Shown in pieces: positions 27,382 to 32,791 of a stretch of DNA of 32,791 nt (the stretch's first letter is position 1; every line of letters begins with the position of its first letter). Location of the stretch: contig LGGY01000124.1 in NCBI GenBank assembly GCA_001509335.1, positions 1-32,791 on the forward strand, read 5' to 3'. A program made the position numbers and the translations under genes. The notes under the pieces were generated by a model. That model did no database searches. It saw only the letters and a program-made list of their open reading frames with translations, and was not told the origin of the DNA. The stretch is from Fidelibacterota bacterium 46_43. Lineage in GTDB: Bacteria; Fidelibacterota; Fidelibacteria; Fidelibacterales; Fidelibacteraceae.

Positions 27382-27829
27382 GCCGTTCCTCTGGTGATTC
27401 AATGGTGATTTCACGGACATCCTCCCGGGATTCGGACCGGATCAGCCGGATGCGGATAGTATCCTCCGGCAGGAATGTTTCAATCTTCTGAGGCCATTCC
27501 ACAACCACAATGCCTCCCATATCCAAATACTCTTCAAAACCCAGGTAGAGAATCTCCCGGGCATCTTTAATGCGGTAACAATCAAAATGATACAGGGTGA
27601 GAATCCCGGGGTATTCATTGATGAGAGTAAAGGTAGGACTTGTTGCCGGCTGGTTTGCCTGAAATTCCTCTGCAAGCCCCCGGGTCAGGGTGGTTTTCCC
27701 TGCAGCCAAATCCCCGTAAAGAGCCAGCACATCCCCCGGTTTCAGCATCCGGGCAATGTGTCTTCCCAGGTCTGTCGTTTCGTCGGCGCTGAATGTCCGG
27801 TATGTCCTTTTATACATCGCCATCATCAT
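27362..27829 (-). CDS. tsaE: tRNA t6A biosynthesis ATPase TsaE
   Basis: 'GDLAAGKTT', 'SPTFTL', 'HFDCYR', 'VEWP'. Confidence 0.96.
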   Translation of the reverse strand: MMMAMYKRTYRTFSADETTDLGRHIARMLKPGDVLALYGDLAAGKTTLTRGLAEEFQANQPATSPTFTLINEYPGILTLYHFDCYRIKDAREILYLGFEEYLDMGGIVVVEWPQKIETFLPEDTIRIRLIRSESREDVREITIESPEERHVNFGC

Positions 27830-29391
27830 GTCCTGGAATGCAATACCGCAACTGGCAGTATCATTTCATGCATGGAAATCCCACCATGTTGAAAGGTATC
27901 GGGATAAATCTTTTCAAATTTCCGAATATTATTGGGATAAAGGAAAAAATAGTCGCTCCGGGCAAAGATGTAATTGGTAAAAACCTGGGGAGATGGTAAA
28001 TGAAAACGTTCAGGATCCCGGAGATAAAGAGCGTGTTTATCCGACACTTTCAAATTCCGCCCCACTTTGTACCGGACACTGGTTGTTGTCTCCTTATCCG
28101 CTTTGACCAGACTCCCCCTGGAAACTTTCCGGCTTCCATGATCCGAGGTGACAACAACCGTATAATTTTGTTCCGCAGCTTTTTCAAGTATGGTTAACAG
28201 GTAGGAATTTTCAAACCAGTTCCGCACAATCCTCCGATAGCTGGTTTCATTGGGAACAATCTCCTGGAGGATGTCTGATTCAGAGCGCCGGTGGGCCAGA
28301 ATATCCACAAAATTCACTACAAACGTCAGAAAACGGGTCCCGGAATAGTCAGAAAAGTGCGTTGCAATCTGATCTCCCTGCTGGGGCTGGATGATTTTTA
28401 GAAATTTATGGGACACGCTGCCAGAGACACCCCGTTTTAACAGGTAATCCTCCAGCAGATCCCGTTCATAGCGGTTCATACTTTCTTCCGAATCAGGATC
28501 ACTGTATAAATCCGGAAATTTTTTGTGGATACTTTCAGGATGATCCCCGGCAAAGAGGGCATTCCGGCTATAGGGCGTGGCAGTAGGCAAAATACTCACC
28601 TGATGGTGGAGTTCGGCATCAAAACGCTGGTAAATAATGGGGGATAACATCAGCCACTGGTCCAGACGCATGCAGTCAATCACCAAAAGTAAAACCTTCT
28701 GCTTTTCTTTCAGATAGGGAAGCACATAGGAATCCATCATCTGATGGGATAAGGGCAAATCGGCATCCCCGTTGATCCAGGATTCATAATTGTCGATGAC
28801 CTGCTTTTCGAAGCGATAATTTGCTTCAGAAATCTGGTTATTTAGAATATTCTTCAGGTCTTCCCGGGGATTTTCATCGAATTCAATTTCCCACCGGCAC
28901 AGGTCCGTGTGGATACGTGCCCAGTGGCGTAGGGAACTCTTGTTTTCATTGATTCGGTCGTTCATCTCAGCAAACGTACTCATATATTGCTGAGCCTGGA
29001 TCTCCCGGGTAATATCCAGTCCATCCAGGTTTTTTTTCAGCACCAAAAGGATCTGGGAAGGATTGATGGGTTTGGTCAGGTAATCGGAGATCTTTCTTCC
29101 GATGGCATCTTCCATGAGGGATTCTTCTTCATTCTTGGTAATCATGATCACCGGAAGGGTCGGGCGGAGATTTTTAATTTTCTCCAAAACGGCCAGGCCA
29201 TCCAGACCATCCATCATTTCATCCAGCAAAACGGCGTGGAGATACTCCTTGCGGATCAGTTCCAGGGCATCCACCCCGTTTGTCGCCGTTAAGACCTCAT
29301 ACCCTTTATTTTCAAGAAAGAGAATATGTGGCCTTAAAAGATGTATCTCATCATCGACCCACAATATCTTCTGTTTTTTCAGATTCTTCAT
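27826..29391 (-). CDS. porX: PorX-like response regulator: receiver + PglZ (alkaline phosphatase superfamily) domain
   Basis: REC 'WVDDE...LLDEMM...MITK...YLTKP'; PglZ 'IDCMRLDQW', 'LPTATPYSRNA', 'NFVDILAH', 'TSDHG', 'FQHGGIS'; followed by tsaE. Confidence 0.9.
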   Translation of the reverse strand: MKNLKKQKILWVDDEIHLLRPHILFLENKGYEVLTATNGVDALELIRKEYLHAVLLDEMMDGLDGLAVLEKIKNLRPTLPVIMITKNEEESLMEDAIGRKISDYLTKPINPSQILLVLKKNLDGLDITREIQAQQYMSTFAEMNDRINENKSSLRHWARIHTDLCRWEIEFDENPREDLKNILNNQISEANYRFEKQVIDNYESWINGDADLPLSHQMMDSYVLPYLKEKQKVLLLVIDCMRLDQWLMLSPIIYQRFDAELHHQVSILPTATPYSRNALFAGDHPESIHKKFPDLYSDPDSEESMNRYERDLLEDYLLKRGVSGSVSHKFLKIIQPQQGDQIATHFSDYSGTRFLTFVVNFVDILAHRRSESDILQEIVPNETSYRRIVRNWFENSYLLTILEKAAEQNYTVVVTSDHGSRKVSRGSLVKADKETTTSVRYKVGRNLKVSDKHALYLRDPERFHLPSPQVFTNYIFARSDYFFLYPNNIRKFEKIYPDTFQHGGISMHEMILPVAVLHSRT

Positions 29392-29427
29392 AGTTTTTAA
29401 TTTACTTCAACTTTTATACTGTCCCAA
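29392..29427 (-). promoter_or_regulatory. Sigma70-type promoter for the porX operon (leaderless)
   Basis: TTGGGA-N17-TAAATT, ATG 7 nt downstream, no SD. Confidence 0.5.
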
Positions 29428-29523
29428 TGACTTTAAAGTCCATCCCCGGCAAAGTTCCCGCCTTTGGAACAAATTTCATGATCTTTTCATACAAGGATTG
29501 AATAAAAGGAAAGGCAGGAAATC

Positions 29524-30894
29524 ATGAAACGGTTACATACGATATTACTTCTTCTTATCGTATTTGTCATTCCGATAGCAGCATCGGTCCTTGACGATTT
29601 AAGCTCTGAATTTGTGAACGTTGCTGATAAAGTCAGTCCGGCCGTTGTCACAATCCGTGCCGAGAAAGTGATACGGCGTCCCGATATTTTTGGCGGATGG
29701 GAATATGATTTTTTTGGATTCCGCTTACCCCAGGGGCGGGAGATGGAATTCAAGACGAATGTTTTGGGATCCGGAGTATTGATTGAGGACGGATATATTT
29801 TAACAAACAATCATGTCGTGGAGAATGTTGAGGAAATAACCGTTCATTTAATGAACCGGTATGAATACAAGGCAGAAATTATCGGAAGGGATCCCAAATC
29901 GGATATCGCCGTCCTTCAGATAGACGGAAAAAACCTTCCGGAAGCCAAGCTGGGTGATTCAGATAAATTGCAGGTGGGACAATGGGTCTTAGCTATTGGG
30001 AATCCTTTCAGCGACCAGCTGTATAGTACGGTCACCCATGGTATCGTATCAGCGCTGGGGAGATCCCGTGTTGGACTGGTGGATTATGAAGATTTCATTC
30101 AGACCGATGCCGCCATTAATCCCGGGAATTCCGGCGGCGCCCTGGTGAATCTGGATGGGGAAGTAATTGGCATTAATTCAGCCATCGCCTCCCATTCCGG
30201 TGGCTCCCAGGGGGTGGGCTTTGCCATCCCCATCAATCTGGCGAAACGGGTTATGAAGGATCTGATAGAAAACGGCCGGGTTATCAGGGGATATCTGGGT
30301 GTACAAATTCAGGAAGTCGATTATGAGATCGCCAGGTCATTGGGACTCAAAGAAGTTGCCGGAGCCCTGATTGCTGATGTGGTGGAAGATACCCCTGCAG
30401 ATAAAGCAGGACTAAAAACCGGGGATCTGGTTCTGAAAGTGGATGGGAAAAAAATACACACTTCTTCAGAACTGCGGAATACCATTTCGGCCCGTCGCCC
30501 TGGAGATAAAGTGACTCTGATGCTTTTGAGGGACGGAAAAGAAAAAAATATAGATGTAACCCTTGAAGAGCTGCCGGAAAATCTGAACCAGGCGATGGAA
30601 AGCAGAACTGTTCAGGAAGGTCCCGGCTTTTCTGTTCAGGATCTTGATAAAAACCTGGCCGCCAGATATGGTATCAAAAAGGATAAAGGCGTCATTATCA
30701 CGGAAGTCCAGCCAGGATCCGAAGCGGCAAAAAAAGGACTTCGTCCCGGGGATATCATTATCCGGGTGGGGGATGAAGAAATTTCCTCCGTTCGTGAATT
30801 CGACAAAGCTTTTAAAAAATATAACAAGGGAGACACTGTTTTATTGCTTGTCCAGCGAAAAAACCTGAAACTTTTTATCGCGCTCACCATATAA
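29524..30894 (+). CDS. DegP/DegQ (HtrA) periplasmic serine protease with two PDZ domains
   Basis: Signal peptide, triad motifs 'TNNHV', 'SDIAV', 'GNSGG'; 'IQTDAAINPG'; two PDZ domains. Confidence 0.96.
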   Translation: MKRLHTILLLLIVFVIPIAASVLDDLSSEFVNVADKVSPAVVTIRAEKVIRRPDIFGGWEYDFFGFRLPQGREMEFKTNVLGSGVLIEDGYILTNNHVVENVEEITVHLMNRYEYKAEIIGRDPKSDIAVLQIDGKNLPEAKLGDSDKLQVGQWVLAIGNPFSDQLYSTVTHGIVSALGRSRVGLVDYEDFIQTDAAINPGNSGGALVNLDGEVIGINSAIASHSGGSQGVGFAIPINLAKRVMKDLIENGRVIRGYLGVQIQEVDYEIARSLGLKEVAGALIADVVEDTPADKAGLKTGDLVLKVDGKKIHTSSELRNTISARRPGDKVTLMLLRDGKEKNIDVTLEELPENLNQAMESRTVQEGPGFSVQDLDKNLAARYGIKKDKGVIITEVQPGSEAAKKGLRPGDIIIRVGDEEISSVREFDKAFKKYNKGDTVLLLVQRKNLKLFIALTI

Positions 30895-30928
30895 TAATTA
30901 CTTCTCAAATCCCCTCAATGCTCCTCAC

Positions 30929-30961
30929 AAGGCCGTCCGATTTCGGGCGGCCTTCCTTTTT
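30929..30961 (+). terminator. Intrinsic terminator after the protease gene
   Basis: AAGGCCGTCCG-ATTT-CGGGCGGCCTT stem followed by CCTTTTT. Confidence 0.8.
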
Positions 30962-31030
30962 ATAAGAAAGATTGGGGAACGAGAGTACGAAGGTTTGAAA
31001 CGTTTATTGACCCACCCAACCCGATTCATT

Positions 31031-31066
31031 CCGTGAAATTCCCAATCCTGATTGGGAATTTCACGG
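31031..31066. repeat. Perfect 17-bp inverted repeat
   Basis: CCGTGAAATTCCCAATC-CT-GATTGGGAATTTCACGG; the CCGTGAAAT arm recurs at 31359-31367. Confidence 0.9.
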
Positions 31067-31262
31067 GATCATTATTCTTAAATTCAATTCATCACTCATC
31101 ATTCATAATTATCCAATTATATGAATAATAATATTATCTTGCTTTATGTCGCTTTTCGGTGTATTTTACCCCCGGGGTGGGGGGCGTCACCTAAGCGATT
31201 TCATATATCTCATCTCTCATATAATCCTGGTGCTAAATCAAATTAATCGCCAATTCTATTTA

Positions 31263-31285
31263 AGAAGTTAGAAGTTGGAAGTTAG
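31263..31285. repeat. Heptamer tandem repeat (RGAAGTT)x3
   Basis: agaagtt agaagtt ggaagtt ag. Confidence 0.8.
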
Positions 31286-31305
31286 CGTCGTTTTGCTCCT
31301 GTGTT

Positions 31306-31443
31306 TCAATCAAATCAATCAAACCAATCAAACCAATCAAATCAATCTATTCAATCCTCCGTGAAATATCCTGGTAAACCGGCTCCCTTTGCAATCAAAT
31401 CAATCTATTCAATCTAATCAATCGACTTTCGACTGCCGACTGT
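31306..31443. repeat. Two blocks of degenerate 9-mer tandem repeats (YCAATCAAA-like) and a CGACT heptamer triplet
   Basis: Six units at 31306-31359, four at 31391-31426; cgacttt cgactgc cgactgt at 31423-31443. Confidence 0.85.
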
Positions 31444-31462
31444 CCACAACCTTTATACATAT

Positions 31463-32725
31463 TTATTGAAAACGAAATAAAAGTGGGTAGATAAAAACCA
31501 TAAAAGCCGCCCATCCGGCATAAACGGTGAGGTACCGGCCGGTACGGCTCCGGAGATGATGAAGACCTTTTTTTCCCTGGATTTTTCCGATGATATCATT
31601 GAGGAGCCCTGCCGCATGGCCGGCGATAAGCAGGTTTAATCCCAATATAGCGATCCGGTTTGGACTCAGTCCATAGGATCCCAGGCGGAAAAGGATGGCG
31701 GACAGGGCAATCAGATCCAGAAGGAGTCCCAGGGCTAATAATGTGGTTAACAAGATGTCTTGAATTTTTTCATTCTTGAAAAGATTTCTTTCCCGGATAC
31801 TGAAAACCGTCATGGCCAGAATCAAAAGAAGCATGGCATTAAAGACCATCAGTGTGTTTCTGTCGATAAAGGGATTTATGCCTTTGAACAGAACAATTCC
31901 CAGATATGCCAGAAGTGTGAAAAGAAAAAGGGGAGTAAAAATCCTGGCGATGACAGGAGCCATGGGTGTTGTACTTTTCTCACGGAGAAATACCAGATGC
32001 GCTCCGCCGATCAGGCAAAGTGCCGCCCCGTATGGCGCAATCCAGGGCATAAGGGACTCAAATAATAATTCATCCACCAGAGAAAAGAGTCCGGCGGTAA
32101 TTCCGGTGAGAATCATGCCGGCAAAGCCAAGGAGGGCGGTATATACCATCCACTCCCCATTAAAATCCAGAAAAGTGCTGCGTTTTTCAATCGTTTTCAT
32201 ATCTCCGTTCACAAAAACACATCCCGTGAGAAACCAGAGTAAAAAGGGAAGGTGGATCAGTGCAATCAAAGCGGTCTGGGATTGATCCGGCGCAGGTAAC
32301 AATGCGGCATACACGCCGCTGATCAGAAAGAGAATCGATACAGAAATCCACACAGTTTTCAGGAATCCGTTTCGTATCATCAAATAGACGGAAAGCAAGG
32401 GGAACAGGGCAAATCCCGGAAAGCGTGGATAAAAATATGTTTCACTGATGCCGGTTAAATCCGGAAGTTTAACAAGTGTCCCTGCTGTCAGAATAAGGAG
32501 AATCAATATGGGCAGGGAGATTGATTTTTCCTTTTTATGTGTCTCTTTTTCGCCTGCTGCATGTATGCCGTCTGCCTCAAAACGGGCACACCAGAATGCC
32601 CAAAGGGGACCGGTGGTTTCCGGTTGGAGTCGGAGGAAAGAAGCCGCAAAGACCCCGGGATCTTTCCGGTAAAGAAATTCAAGTCCTTCGGGATTTTGTA
32701 GATTATTGAGAATTTTTTCTTTCAT
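31463..32725 (-). CDS. Multi-pass membrane protein of unknown function (DUF4153-like)
   Basis: 420 aa, about 10-11 TM helices, 'ARIFTPL', 'R..SYGLSPNR', AGGAG SD and a TATAAT upstream. Family assignment from recall. Confidence 0.7.
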   Translation of the reverse strand: MKEKILNNLQNPEGLEFLYRKDPGVFAASFLRLQPETTGPLWAFWCARFEADGIHAAGEKETHKKEKSISLPILILLILTAGTLVKLPDLTGISETYFYPRFPGFALFPLLSVYLMIRNGFLKTVWISVSILFLISGVYAALLPAPDQSQTALIALIHLPFLLWFLTGCVFVNGDMKTIEKRSTFLDFNGEWMVYTALLGFAGMILTGITAGLFSLVDELLFESLMPWIAPYGAALCLIGGAHLVFLREKSTTPMAPVIARIFTPLFLFTLLAYLGIVLFKGINPFIDRNTLMVFNAMLLLILAMTVFSIRERNLFKNEKIQDILLTTLLALGLLLDLIALSAILFRLGSYGLSPNRIAILGLNLLIAGHAAGLLNDIIGKIQGKKGLHHLRSRTGRYLTVYAGWAAFMVFIYPLLFRFQ

Positions 32726-32791
32726 AAACAGACTCCTGGGATAATTTCAAGAATTATATCCACCGAAATCCATAAAGTTTCTTTAAATAAA

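Noticed and set aside
1959-27420. Long apparent gene overlaps from ORF-track starts (2801, 10434, 11692, 15236, 21408, 27420)
   Set aside because: Downstream starts with SD sequences or stop/start coupling fit family N-termini better; these are not real extensions or frameshifts.
27826-29391. PglZ domain as a sign of a BREX/Pgl defence system
   Set aside because: It is fused to a receiver domain in PorX architecture next to tsaE; no brxC, pglX or brxL present.
31334-31414. Two identical 23-bp repeats with a 35-bp spacer, CRISPR-like in spacing
   Set aside because: Only two copies, built from low-complexity 9-mer units, non-palindromic, and no cas genes in the window.

Overview
Bacterial chromosomal window with no mobile elements, CRISPR arrays or RNA genes recognised. 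Gene content (porX-tsaE, yfhO-GT4, LpoA-like protein, beta-barrel porin) suggests a diderm of the FCB group; this is an inference, not a database result. Positions 1-29391 are about 30 tightly packed minus-strand genes. In transcription order: porX-like REC-PglZ, tsaE, tsaB, rimI, accD, surE, LpoA-like, pgeF, uppP, holA, ECF sigma, zinc anti-sigma, GAF-GGDEF cyclase, a 63-aa basic zinc-ribbon protein and a terminator. Next comes a TPR lipoprotein and an envelope glycan locus: polyprenol-P GT2, GT2, YfhO (GT-C), GT4, glucuronyl C5-epimerase-like, AsnB-like amidotransferase, PIG-L deacetylase and ATP-grasp ligase. A LysR / porin / NitT-TauT ABC cassette and further GT4 genes follow. A divergent DegP/DegQ protease, a repeat-rich intergenic gap and a membrane protein gene end the window. 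Best candidates for novelty: (1) the YfhO-linked glycan build-and-tailor pathway, whose C5-epimerase homologue has altered motifs and is coupled to an amidotransferase; (2) the small zinc-ribbon protein resembling ribosomal protein bL38 (DUF4295), translationally coupled to a diguanylate cyclase; (3) three apparently leaderless promoters sharing a TAAATT -10 box.
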